Source: Octopus vulgaris (Eukaryota). From it: 64,000 nucleotides of DNA. Below, in pieces: positions 37,560 to 49,920 of the stretch (its first letter is position 1; every line of letters begins with the position of its first letter). The stretch spans positions 11,098,001-11,162,000 of the forward strand of contig OX597816.1 of the NCBI GenBank assembly GCA_951406725.2, in the 5' to 3' direction. The notes under the pieces were generated by a model. It saw nothing but the letters and a program-made list of their open reading frames with translations, had not been told where the DNA came from and ran no database searches. The translations under genes and the position numbers were made by a program.

Positions 37560-39100
37560 CTCCCACCATTGCCATTGCTGCCAATGCTGAAACCACCACT
37601 AATACCACCACCACCATCACCACCATAATCACATTTACTATTGCCAAAGCCCCCAACACCACCACCAATACCACTTTCAAAGCCATCACCACAACCACTA
37701 CCAACATTATTTCCACCACCAACACCACCAAAACCACATCTACCATTGCCAAAGCCACCACCACCACCACCACCAACACCACTGTCAAAACCATCACCAC
37801 AACTACTACCAACACTATCTCCACAACCAGCACCAAGCAACACAACCACTAAAACAATGACGAAGATGATGACAACCACCACCACCACCACCGACACCAC
37901 CATCACCACCAACACTGCCAACATCACCACCACCACTGTTGCCGCCAACACTAAAACCACCACTATTACTACCATCACGACCACCACTGCCGCTACTACT
38001 ACCACCACCACTGCTACCATCACCATTATCATCCAAGCCAATGTCTTTCTCCTCCTCCTCCTCTTCCATCTTCCTCCTTCATGTTGATAGAGACTCCTCA
38101 AAATTTATTCCTCCTGGCATTGGCCTCATTTTTACCTGTCTTCAATTGTTGTTGCTGTCATCGTTATTCTATTACGCTCACCTCCACCTCCCCGTCCTCC
38201 TCCTCCTCTTCTTTCTTTTCATCACCATCATAATAATAACGATGATGATGCTGACGATGCTGATGATGATAGTCATCATAAACGGCTGTAGTGAAAACGA
38301 ATCCATGGTGATGATCGTCATCATCATCATCAGCAGCAGCATCGTAATATTCAATATCTTCATCGCCACTACTATCATCATGATCAACATCGGCGTCATC
38401 ATTGCAGCCACCACTACCTATCACCGCTGTCATCATCATGACCTCAACCACTACAATCATCATCATCATCACCACCATCACTACTATAACCACCGTCATC
38501 ATCATCATTGTTGCCATCACCATCGCATCTCCATCCCAACAGTTCGTCGTCAGTGTCATCACCATCATCATTATCATCATCATCATCATCCTTGTATTCT
38601 CCTCACCCTCATCATCGTTAACCTCCTTCCCCTCATCATTCAACCTTATACTCTTCCTCCCCTTCCTCTTCCTTGTCATCATCCTTATCTTCTTCCTCAT
38701 CATCATCATTATCCTCCTCCTCCTCCTTTACCACATCATCATTATCATCATCATTATCATCCTTGTATTCTCCTCACCCTCATCATTGTTAACCTCCTTC
38801 CCTTCATCATTCAACCTTATACTCCTCCTCCCCTTCCTTATCACTTATCATCATCCTTATCTTCTTCCTCATCAGCATCATCATTATCCTCTTCCTCCTC
38901 CTTTCCCACATCATTATCATCAGCATCATCCTTGCATTCCCCTCAACCTCAACATCATTAATATCCTCCCCCTAATCATTCATCTTTATCCTCCTCCTCC
39001 CCTCCTCCTCCTTCCCATCATCATCATCATCATCATCATCATCAGTGTTACCATCATGATTATAGGCATTTCTTGTCTTCTTCTCTAACTATAATCAGCA
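37560..39100. repeat. (ACC)n/(CAT)n/(CCT)n low-complexity block with three internal repeats of about 170 bp
   Basis: catccttg(t/c)att(c)..cctca..ctca..atc..tt aa recurs at about 38587, 38758 and 38927. Confidence 0.85.
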
Positions 39101-39897
39101 TCAGTATTGCTGCCATCAAAAATTATCATTTCTATCTTTTCTCTTCTTCACGATATTCTTCATTCCAACATTCTACATGGAATTCCACACCAAATTCCAT
39201 TGATTCCCAGCAATTTACCCCCCTCCCCCCACCCGCCCCTGACGATTCCACATTAAAATAAACAACAAACAAAAAAGTCAGAAATAAGAAAAGAAAAAAC
39301 AAAATTTTCCCAGCATCGCACCATCATTATCATTTTGCTTTTGGTTGGCGCGAATAATGGTAGCAGAATCTCTAGAAAAATTTATCGATTCTTTAACAAC
39401 CAAATGAACGAAAACACAAAAAAAAATCCCACAAAAAATATATAAATATATAGATATACAAAAATGTAAAGAAATTGCAGATATACAAAAATACAAAATT
39501 ACAAAAATTAGAAAAAAAAACACCAGCTTAAAACGTTGCCTCATCTATTTCCCTGTCTTGGAATCACCTCAAACGTTTTCACTATTTTCTTAATTAATAC
39601 CTGCCTTCCCTGATACATTTATCCATTCATCTATCTATCTATCCACCTACAAATGAAAGAATCAAATAAAAGGAAGATAAAATTTTTTAAATTATGATGT
39701 AATTCCCATAAAGGATCAATTCATTGTTTATATTGATCGACTTAATCGTTTTAGAGTTATTGGATTTTGTTGTTTTTTTTTGTTTTGCTTCATTTTTTTT
39801 TATTGGTTTCAATCATTAGACTGTGGCCTTGCTGGGGCACTGCCTTGAAGAACTTCTTATCAAATGAATCAGTACATGTTTATATTATATATATATA

Positions 39898-40251
39898 TGT
39901 GACTGTGTGATAAGTAGCTTGCTTACCAACCACATAGTCCTGGGTTCATTCCCACTGCATGGCACCTTGGGCAAGTGTCTTCTACTATAGCCTCAGGCCG
40001 CCCAAAGTCTTGTGAGTGGATTTGGTAGACGGAAACTGAAAGAAGCCTGTCGTATATATGTGTGTGTGTGTTTGTCACCCCACCATCGCTTAACAACCGA
40101 TGTTGGTGTGTTTATGTCCCCTTAACTAGCGGTTCGCTAGAAGAGACCGATAGAATAAGTACTAGGCTTCCAAAGAATAAGTTCTGGGGTCGATTTGCTT
40201 GACTAGAAGCGGTGCTCCAGCATGGCCACAGTCAAATGACTGAAACAAGTA
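39898..40251 (+). mobile_element. SINE family A
   Basis: Matches family A consensus. Confidence 0.85.
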
Positions 40252-40311
40252 CATGAATAAAGAGAGTAAAGTGTGTGTATATATATATATATTAACGACT
40301 AAAACTTTTAG

Positions 40312-40810
40312 CGATATGCTGTGCTTTAGAAGATCCATCGAGCAAGTGAAATTGTAGTCATGTCTAATGCTGGTTTCAAGCACCTTTTGAGCATTGAGCC
40401 TCATGAAGGCAAAGTGGCTGAGTTCCTTTCAAGTGTTGGGTCTCACAGAGGCAAGTTCCTTTTGAGCGCTGGGCCTCATAGAGGCAAGTTCCTTTTGAGC
40501 ATTGGGCTTCACAGAGGCAATGACCAAGACCTTTGGCATTATGTTGTGTTTGAGAAGAAGACCCATCAAGCTGAGCAAAATTGCGATCATAGCAGATACC
40601 AGTGTCACACAAATGGCACTCATGCCGGCTGGCACGTCAAAGCTCCCATTACACTCTTGAAATGGTTGGTGTTACGAAGGGCATCCAGCCATAGAAAACC
40701 ATGCCAAACCAGACTGGAGTCTGGTGCAGCCTTCCAGCATGCCAGCACAGTCAAACCGTCCAACCCATGCCAGCATGGACAATGGACAGCAAATAATGAT
40801 GATGATGATG
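40312..40810 (+). mobile_element. RTE LINE 3' end with 33-bp tandem duplications of the ORF tail
   Basis: ccttttgagc..tggg..tca.agaggcaagtt three to four times, then gaccaagacctttggcattatgttgtgtttgagaagaagacc; (GAT)n tail. Confidence 0.75.
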
Positions 40811-40901
40811 AATATATATACATACATATATATATATTGATAGAAATGGTAAGACAACAAAAGAAAGAAAGAGACCTCGATATTATGTAAATAGAGGAAT
40901 T

Positions 40902-40961
40902 TATCTGTAAATGTAATATGTGACATGGCGACCGAATAATTGTCACATATTACATTTGCAG

Positions 40962-40964
<3 letters not shown>
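40902..40964. repeat. Inverted repeat with 24-bp arms
   Basis: tatctgtaaatgtaatatgtgaca / tgtcacatattacatttgcagata, one mismatch, 15-nt spacer. Confidence 0.9.
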
Positions 40965-41001
<37 letters not shown>

Positions 41002-41652
41002 GTGTGTGTGTGTATACTATGGGTTTCTTTCCGTTTCCGTCTATCAAATCCACTCACAAGGCTTAGGTTGACCTGAGGCTGTAGAAGAAGACACTTGCCC
41101 AAGGTGCCTTGCAGTGGGACTGAACCTGGAACCATGTGGTTGGGAAGCAGACGTCTAACAACACAGGCCTGCCTGTGCCTGTCAAATTCTAACCCTAACC
41201 CTTTTTTGACAATGCAATATGCAGAAGCATAACTTAGAAATATCTTCCATTTTGTCGGGTATTTTGTTTTGTTTTGTTTATTTTCATATCAAAGAACACA
41301 TGAAATAGGGGACAGGTATGGGTTTGAGGATTTTTCAGGTGAGAAAAGTAATATGAAAATGAGTGAGTTACAGGGAGAGAGAGAGACAGAGAGATGAGGG
41401 ATAGTGGGAGGAGAGAGAGGGGGAGGGAACGGGGGGGGAAGAGAAGTGACAGGTAGAGGAGGGTTGGGTGATAAAAATGAGTCATGTGGGTTTTGAGGGG
41501 GGGGGGGGGGAGGGGGGAAGAGGAGGGGCAGGTGGGGGGGCAAAATCATGACTTTCAACCTGAAGAATGTAGAGAATTAACCTGAAAAGAAAAAACATAT
41601 TGATTTATTCATTATCTACCTATCTACCTATCAATTTATGCCACTCTTGTTA

Positions 41653-41691
<39 letters not shown>

Positions 41692-42161
41692 ATGCGTAAA
41701 GATATATGTATGTATTTGCATCTCTATGTATATCTATCTATCTCTCTCTCTATCTGTCTGTCTGTCTGTCTATTTCTCCCATTCTCGCTATATGTGTGTG
41801 TGTGTGTCTATGAATAGAGACATATGTATATATGTGTGTATTATATCTATCTGTCTATCTATTTATCTATCTATCTATTTCTCCCACTCTCTCTCTATAT
41901 ATGTGTGTGTATATTTATACAATATATATATGTGTTTATAAACACACTTACACACAGGCACACAAAAGCATGCATATATATACATATTCTGCATATCAAA
42001 TGACATTCATACCCATAAAAGACACATAAAAATGCACACACACACACACACATGTATAGCATCATCATTGTCATCACCAATATACATATATATGCATACA
42101 TACATTCATGCATACATACACACAGAGAACCATACATAGTTTTATATATATATATATATAT

Positions 42162-42438
42162 ATACTAAGCAATAAAGGGTTTAGCAACGAATTGCCTTAC
42201 CACATACAGAATTTAGAAATAGCAGTCAAAGGGTTATAGCTATTTCTTCTACTAAAAAGGAGATCTCAGTAAAAACAGCAATTGGGAGGCAGACACAAAC
42301 AGGTGTCTGCCTCCCAATTGCTGTTTTTACTGAGATCTCCCTGTTTAGTAGAAGAAATAGCTATAACCCTTTGACTGCTATTTCTAAATTCGGTATGTGG
42401 TAAGGCAATTCGTTGCTAAACCCTTTATTGCTTAGTAT
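42162..42438. repeat. Near-perfect palindrome with arms of about 135 bp and a 6-nt loop
   Basis: atactaagcaataaagggtttagc...gggaggcagacac-aaacag-gtgtctgcctccc...gctaaaccctttattgcttagtat; about 3 differences. Confidence 0.97.
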
Positions 42439-43376
42439 TACTTAAATTTTCCTCGAATGAGGCTTTTACATGCCGAAGACTACTTGGTGTAATTGATAAT
42501 TATTCCAAATTAATTAATTTCACCCTTCATTATTACGGATATATATATATATATAGATATATAAGTTGTGCACACACACACACACATATACATATAGCAT
42601 CATCATTATTATCACCAATATACACATATTTGCATGCATACACATACATACACACACAGAATCATATATAGTTATATATATATATATATATATGCACACC
42701 CATGCACATACACACACACATGTATACATATAGCATCATCATTGTCATCACCAATATACACATATATGCATACATACACACACACACACACAGAGTTATA
42801 TATATATATATATATATGTTCTCACACACATACATATAACATCGTCATTGTCATCACTATTATACACATATTTACATACATATACATATGTACACATACA
42901 CACAGAGAATCATACATAGTTTTATATATATATATATACACACACACACATATGCCTTCACACAACCCTTTATAACACATTTATCAGTCATTCTTCTGCG
43001 AGTGCTTCTCTTCTTGTTTATGTCTCTCAATGCCTTCTCTTTCCTTATTGTTCCATAAAGACCTCATCTTCATTGATTTCTTTGAGATAGGTTTCCTTCT
43101 CTTCTGCTCACCTCCCCCCACACCCTGCCCCATTCCATCTCCTCCTCCTCCTCCTCTCCACACCATTTTTGTAAATCTTCATTTTTTTTTGTATTTATTT
43201 TTCTTTGTTTTGTGTGCTTTCATTTGCGTCTTTTCTTCCCTCTTTTAAGCGATTCTTCTCCTTTCCACTCTCTCTGGGAATTTTCATTGTCTATTCAAGA
43301 CAAAATATATGTCCAGACAACATATTCAACCTACATAGACACTGGCTGATATAAACACACATGTATGTGTGCATGC

Positions 43377-43433
<57 letters not shown>

Positions 43434-43682
43434 AAACAGTTTAGCTAGGTGTAAAATACATGTAAGTGATATATATATATATATATATAAATATATATAC
43501 ATGCATGCACATATACATGCACATATATATATATATTTATATATCACATCATTTATATATATATATATGTGTGTGTGTATGTATGCATACATTATATATC
43601 ATGTATTAATACATATTATATTTTATATATGTGTGTGAATGTGTGTATACATAATAATAACAAATAATAATAATAATAAAAG

Positions 43683-43730
<48 letters not shown>

Positions 43731-43737
43731 TAATAAT

Positions 43738-44055
43738 GTGAGTAAAGAAATTGTAAAAATCGCCAAGTACTTCAAATTGAAAGGGGAAATGGCAAGACTG
43801 TATGGAATGCAAGATGGTAATGTAAAAGTGATTCCAGTGGTGATTGGAGTGTTGGGCTCAGTCCTATTGACACTCCAAGACTTCTTAAGGCAACAGGAAA
43901 TCCCATGCAAGATTGATGTCTTGCAAAAAGCAACCTTATTGGGCACAGCACACATCTTAAGGAGAGTATTATCTGTCTGAAGTACTTGTTGTGACTTGAC
44001 ACATGACTAAGGACTCCAGTGCATATTTACCTTCACTGTATTACAAAGGAACAAT
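43738..44055 (+). mobile_element. R4/Dong-type non-LTR retrotransposon 3' fragment in (TAA)n
   Basis: KEIVKIAKYFKLKGEMARLYGM..VKVIPVVIGVLG..LQKATLLGTAHILRRVL* (RLE C-terminus). Confidence 0.8.
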
Positions 44056-44059
44056 AATG

Positions 44060-44130
<71 letters not shown>

Positions 44131-44351
44131 TCTTTCTACTCTAGATGCAAGGTCTTGGAATTTTGGAGGAAGGGTGGGGGTCTAGTCGATTACATCAATC
44201 CCAGTGCATAACTGGTACTTATTTCAGTTACTCCAAAAGGATAAAAGGCAAAGCTGACCTGGGCAGAATTTGAACTCAGATCATACCAATGTGTGAAATA
44301 GCACTAAGCATATCATCCTGCATGCTAACAATTCTGCCAGCTCAGCGCCTT
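44131..44351 (-). mobile_element. SINE family B in (AAT)n
   Basis: Matches family B core. Confidence 0.75.
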
Positions 44352-44372
44352 AATAATAATAATAATAATAAT

Positions 44373-44408
<36 letters not shown>

Positions 44409-44530
44409 TTTAAAAAGAATGAACAAACTATTGAGTTTGGTTTAATGGCCTACCAATGAGTTTCTTTGCCCTAGGAGTCGGGAAGACACTCGGCAAGAAA
44501 TGGAAGCAAATTTGAAAGAAGAAAAAAAAA

Positions 44531-44567
<37 letters not shown>

Positions 44568-44665
44568 TAATAATAATAATGATAATGATAATGATGATAA
44601 TAATGATGATAATAATGATAGTAATAATGTTAATACTAATAATAATACTAATACTAATAATAATA

Positions 44666-46032
44666 ATACCGTGTGGGGAGGTTATGAAGCAGATAGAAGA
44701 TACGAGCTTTAAGTACTTGGGGATTTTGGAAATGGATAAATTAATGGAGAAAGAAATGACAGAAAAATTTAAGGTGGAGGACTTGTGCAGACTGAGACTG
44801 ATCCTTAAGTCGAAATTAAATGGATGGAATAAGATCAAAGCTATCAACACCTGGGCAGTTTCACTCCAAAGATATGGAGCAGGGGTAATCACATGGACAG
44901 TAGGCAAACTAAATAGCTTAGACAGAAAGACAAGGAAGTTACTAATTAGATATGGGTCACTCCACACAAAATGTGACACAGACAGAGTGTATGTACCAAG
45001 AAAAGAGTGGGAAGAGGACTTATTGAATGTGAACACAGCATTAGAGCAGAACAAAACAACATAGCATGGTAAGTAAAAAATACCATAGAACTTCTGTTAC
45101 TAGAAGTAAGAAGGCCAGGCTTGTGTAGGATGAAAAATTGCAAAGATAAAGCACTATACAAGAAATTGAAAACAAATGAAACTGAAAATAGGTGGATAAA
45201 GAAAAGAATGAGTGGACAATTTCATAGAGATGTTGAAGATAAGACAGAGAGAGAAAAAGATGGCTGTGGATGACTAAAAGTGATTTAAAACTGGAAACAG
45301 AGGCTCTAATCTGTGCTGCCCAAGAGCAAGCACTAAGAACAAACTTCATAAAATACAGAATAGACAGCACATCAGAAAGTGATAAGTGCAGAATCTATGG
45401 ACAAAACGGTGAAACCGTATGGCACATTACCAGCCAATGTACGCCAGTAGCCCAGAAGGAATTTAAGAGACACCACGACAATATAGCCAGGCTTGTCCAT
45501 TGGAGACTTTGCAACAAGTATGGACTTGATAGAACAAAAATTAGCAGGACCACAAACCTGAAGGCATTGTCGAAAATAGAAATACAAAGATCCTATGGGA
45601 TTTTATGATTCAATGCGACCATAAGATTGAGAATAGGAAGCCAGACATAGTCTTAATTGAGAAAGAAAGCAAATGATGCTGGATCATAGACATAGCATGC
45701 CCAGGAAACAACAAGGTATGCGATAAGGAAGAAAGAAGAGTCGAGAGATATGACAGGTTAGCTTGGGAAGTTAAGCAGTTGTGGTCGATGAAAAAGGTAG
45801 CAGTATTACCAATAATTGTCAGAGTCCTAGGAACAGTGAGCAAAAATCTCAAGAAGTATGTGGAACAAATAGGAGCTGCAATAAGGGTGGAGCAATTGCA
45901 GAAAACAGCACTGCTTAGAACCGCTCGAATACTCCAGAATGTGTTTGAAAAATAAGAGGTGTTACCTTAGTTCACTGGAAGTGAACAGCTGACACAAAAG
46001 TACATCTCCAGCGTTAGAAGCTGTGCAAAGGC
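44666..46032 (+). mobile_element. 5'-truncated R4/Dong-type retrotransposon (RT thumb, zinc knuckle, restriction-like endonuclease), decayed
   Basis: FKYLGI, NKIKAINTWAV, LDRKTRKLL, ETEALICAAQEQAL, KCRIYGQNGETVWHITSQC, RHDNIA-like motif, NRKPDIVLIEK..IIDIACP, LQKTALLRTARIL; flanked by (TAA)n on both sides. Confidence 0.9.
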
Positions 46033-46063
<31 letters not shown>

Positions 46064-46209
46064 TCATCATCATAAATAATAACTGGGTCTGGGAAGCCGA
46101 AGGCTGCACCAAGCCAGTCAGATCTGCAATAATGCCCTTCCTAACAATGTTAATAATAATAATAATAATAATTATAAAAATATTAATAATAATAAAAATA
46201 ATAATAATG

Positions 46210-46751
46210 AATGCCAGGCAGTGGCTCTCATGGCTTCTAATCTTAAGTGATTGGAAGTGTTATCATGTATATTGTTTTGTCTTGGTATAAAAGACCAGCT
46301 ACAGCAAAAATTCTGCTCAATATCAAAGATTTTGCTTGTCAGTTTGACCTTAACCAGTTGAGCATGTCCCTTGGTGACTGATGATATGTGCATCTCAAAT
46401 CACAAGCAAGAGTAGAGGGGGAACATCATAGCCATGTGCTGAGAGGAATTATTTGGGGTTTGAATAATTCCCCTCTTGAAACAGGGGTGTTTCTTTCAAC
46501 ATCTTTTAACAACCCTTATTCAGGGACCTTTTGAATGGGATGGGCTCCTCAACCTGCAGAAAATTCTAACTGGGCTCCACCTGCAAGGTCATGTGTTGTT
46601 AATCTTGATATGAGATCACCATGTCGCGCACATATGGCTGTGATGCATGTGCCTGGCGTACCCTTATCAGATGGGTAGTCATGATGGATATATTGGGCTT
46701 TGTATATTTGTACCTCAGTGTCACTTTGATGAGATGCTCTGCTCTCCACTC

Positions 46752-46752
<1 letters not shown>
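46210..46752 (+). mobile_element. (AAT)n-tailed interspersed repeat, probably the 3'UTR or non-autonomous partner of a TAA-targeting LINE
   Basis: Ends ctctgctctccactc-aataataat; reverse-strand copies at 63317-63830 and 63919-64000, all in TAA tracts. Confidence 0.65.
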
Positions 46753-46785
<33 letters not shown>

Positions 46786-46786
<1 letters not shown>

Positions 46787-47150
46787 CAATAGCAAGAGTA
46801 CTCAGAAGGAGTAAACCTCCCTCAAGGCAACACCAACATCCTCTCAATGATTAGCTGGAGATGATTTTTGAAATGCTAATATCTGAAATAAACTTAACTG
46901 CTCTCACAAATGAGAATACTAAAACTGAACCAAATCACTTTCAAACATTAATGAAAAAACAGGAAGAATCTTTGTCTAGTACTCAATCGATCCCAAAATC
47001 TAATCCGTTTGTGTCAGTCACAAGGCCAAACATCTCTGAAAGTTTCATCCGAATACATCTAACAGTTCTTGAGATATCTTGTCCACGAACAAACAAGAAA
47101 CAGATGTGACTGAAAACAATACCTCCGCCTTCACTAAGGCAGAGGTAATA
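46786..47150 (+). mobile_element. Helentron-associated (HINE-like) non-autonomous element
   Basis: 5' caagagtactcaga..aaacctccctcaaggc; 3' hairpin acctccgcctt-cact-aaggcagaggt; partial second copy at 57489-57705. Confidence 0.6.
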
Positions 47151-48105
47151 ATAAGAAGGAGAAGAAGAATATTAATGATGGTAATGATAATCAATTTATC
47201 TGAGGGTACCCAATGACGATAGGTGGGATAAAACCATCATCCAAAGACCCAGTATACAAAGAGTTGGAACAGAATCTACACAGCATTTCTTCTGACACTA
47301 GGAGTTCTACTAAGCTACGACCTAAGACTGGTATTCAATTTTATCAACCTTGGCACTACCACCACCAGCATCTGAAGGTTGAAAGACATAATTAACCTTG
47401 GCAGAAAAAGGGGAACGGGTGAGAGAGAAAGAGAGGGCAAATGAGGGAGGAGATAAGTAGAGAGAGAGAGAAAGAAAGGGAGAGGTAGTTATGTAGGTAG
47501 ACAGACAGACAGACAGGTTGATAGATAGAGAGGAAGATGGTAAGGTGTATGTGTGAATACTATTTGTTGTGGTTACTTTTGGTAATGTTAAGAATAATGA
47601 GATTGGCTTCGGTTTTTAAGGTTAATTGGGGAATAAAATTGGCACCTTATTTTCTGGTTGTTAGGGGCTTGAACTTCACACCATTAAGGGTTCAATAGGC
47701 AGTTTCATTATGCTGCTTTATATCAACATCATCATCATCATCATCATCATCAACAGCAGCAGCAACAAAAATTGTTTTTTCAATAATCAATCATTGACCA
47801 ATCATTGGTATCATCATCATCATCATGACCACTAGCATTACATTACTACGATCATCACCATCATTACCATCAAAATCATCATCACCATTACCACTATCAT
47901 CACCACCACCAACACCACTATCATCACCACCACCATTACCTTTGCAATCATTGTCATCATCACCATCACAGTCATCACCATCAGAAGTAGCAGTGGCACC
48001 AGTAACAAGAATCCGCTTTATAATAATCAATCATTGGCCAATCCTCAGTATCATCACCATTGCAATCATCACCATCATTATCATCATCATCATCATCACC
48101 ATCAC

Positions 48106-48137
<32 letters not shown>

Positions 48138-48215
48138 CCATCAGCATTATAATTATTATTATCATTTTCCTCCTTATCATCTACTGATTCCTGTTACTGT
48201 CCCTTTCTTATCATT

Positions 48216-48250
<35 letters not shown>

Positions 48251-48672
48251 TACTATCACTATCAGTATGACCATTGTCATCAGAACCACCATCAATGCCA
48301 CTTCCTCCCCTACTGCATACCAGTAAAGGAATACATATGCATTTGCTTCACCTGTCAGAAATAGCAGCTAAATATGCCTCACAACACATTTACTGTACTA
48401 TTTAAAAGAAAAAAGCACAAGATTGTATAAATATTTTGCATTGCAGATATATCTGAATAAAAGAGAAGACTACAAGTTTTCTTATAGAGGCGGAAGGGAG
48501 CTGTAAGCAGTGATAAGTAAAATTGTAATGTTATGATGATTCTGAATATGCTTGAGGCCCGTTTGAACCAGCGACCAAGCTATTCACTGCGTTTTGTCAT
48601 GGAGAATGTATCTCGTTTGTTGACAAATGTCATGTATACACCTAGATCAGCTCACAGCGTTCCCTACACAGA

Positions 48673-48720
48673 CTGTGACATGTAAGCATTTCAGAGTAGT
48701 TGTCTCCTCTTCAGTGACAG
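48673..48720 (-). ncRNA. Type I hammerhead motif, monomer 1
   Basis: Reverse strand ctgtca-CTGAAGA-ggag-acaacta-ctct-GAAA-tgcttacatg-tcacag. Confidence 0.7.
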
Positions 48721-48984
48721 ACACCAGGCAGGCAACACTATGAACTGATTGAAGAGATTGGCTCTCTTAGGCTTTTCTAGTTGCCATATGACAACAGTGA
48801 CTAGAGAGGGAGCATTAAGCAGAGATAAGTAAAATTGTAATGCTATCTTCAGTCTGAATATGCATGAGGCATGTTTGAACCAGCAAACAAGCTATTCACT
48901 GCATTTTGTCATGGAGAATATATCTCATTTGTTGACAAATGTCATGTATACACCTAGATCAGCTTAGAGCACCACCTGCCCAGA

Positions 48985-49032
48985 CTGTGAGATGTAAGCA
49001 TTTTGGAGTAGTTATCTCCTCTTCAGTCACAG
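48985..49032 (-). ncRNA. Type I hammerhead motif, monomer 2
   Basis: Reverse strand ctgtga-CTGAAGA-ggag-ataacta-ctcc-aAAA-tgcttacaTC-tcacag; stems I and II perfect, G12 mutated. Confidence 0.7.
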
Positions 49033-49199
49033 ACACCAGGCAGGTGGTGCTACAAACTGATTGAAGAGACTGGCTCTCTTACGCTTTTCCAGTAGCCATA
49101 TAGCAACTGGCAGTGCTGTGTGGTGACTCACCGTAAATAAATTACAGAAGGGGAACACTAAGCTGTAATAAGTAAAATTGTAATGTTGACATCCATGTC

Positions 49200-49451
49200 A
49201 GTGATATATAAAAGCACCAACTGATAGTGGTCGTTTGCAAGCCTCCTCTGGCCCCTGTGCCGGTGGCACATAAAAAGCACCCACTACACTTACGGAGTGG
49301 TTGGCGTTAGGAAGGTCATACAGCTGTAGAAATACTGCCAAATCAGACTGGAGCTTGGTGCAGACTCTTGGCTTCCCGACCCCGGTCGAACCGTCCAACC
49401 CATGCTAGCATGGCAAACGGACGTTAAACGATGATGATGATGATGATGATG
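49200..49451 (+). mobile_element. RTE 3' end inserted in monomer 3
   Basis: Shared RTE 3'UTR and (GAT)n tail. Confidence 0.8.
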
Positions 49452-49660
49452 AGTCTGAATATGTTTGAGGCCCATTTGAGCCAGTGAACAAGCTATTCAC
49501 TGCATTTTGTCACAGAAAATATATCCCCTTTGCTGACAAATGATGTGTATACACCTACATCTGACTGGTGTCCATGGTCAAAGAGGAGATAACTACTCTA
49601 AAATGCTTGCAACACATGGTCTGGGTAGGTGGTGCTGTGAGCTGATATCAGTGTATACAC

Positions 49661-49920
49661 ATCATCATCATCATCATCATTTAACGTCCGCTTTCCATGC
49701 TAGCATGGGTTGGACGATTTGACTGAGGACTGGTGAATCAGATGGCTGCACCAGGCTCCAATTTGATCTGGCAGAGTTTCTACAGTTGGATGCCCTTCCT
49801 AACACCAACCACTCCGAGAGTGTAGTGGGTGCTTTTACGTGCCACCAGCACGAGGGCCAGTCTGGGGGTACTGGTAACGGCCACAGTCGAAATGGTGTTT
49901 TTTACGTGCCACCTGCACGG
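49661..49920 (-). mobile_element. RTE 3' end inserted in inverted monomer 4
   Basis: Shared RTE 3'UTR and (CAT)n. Confidence 0.8.

Noticed and set aside
37454-39088. Mucin-like, His-rich or Pro-rich long ORFs (up to 340 aa)
   Set aside because: Several frames on both strands are open, as expected for degenerate trinucleotide repeats; no domain or splice evidence.
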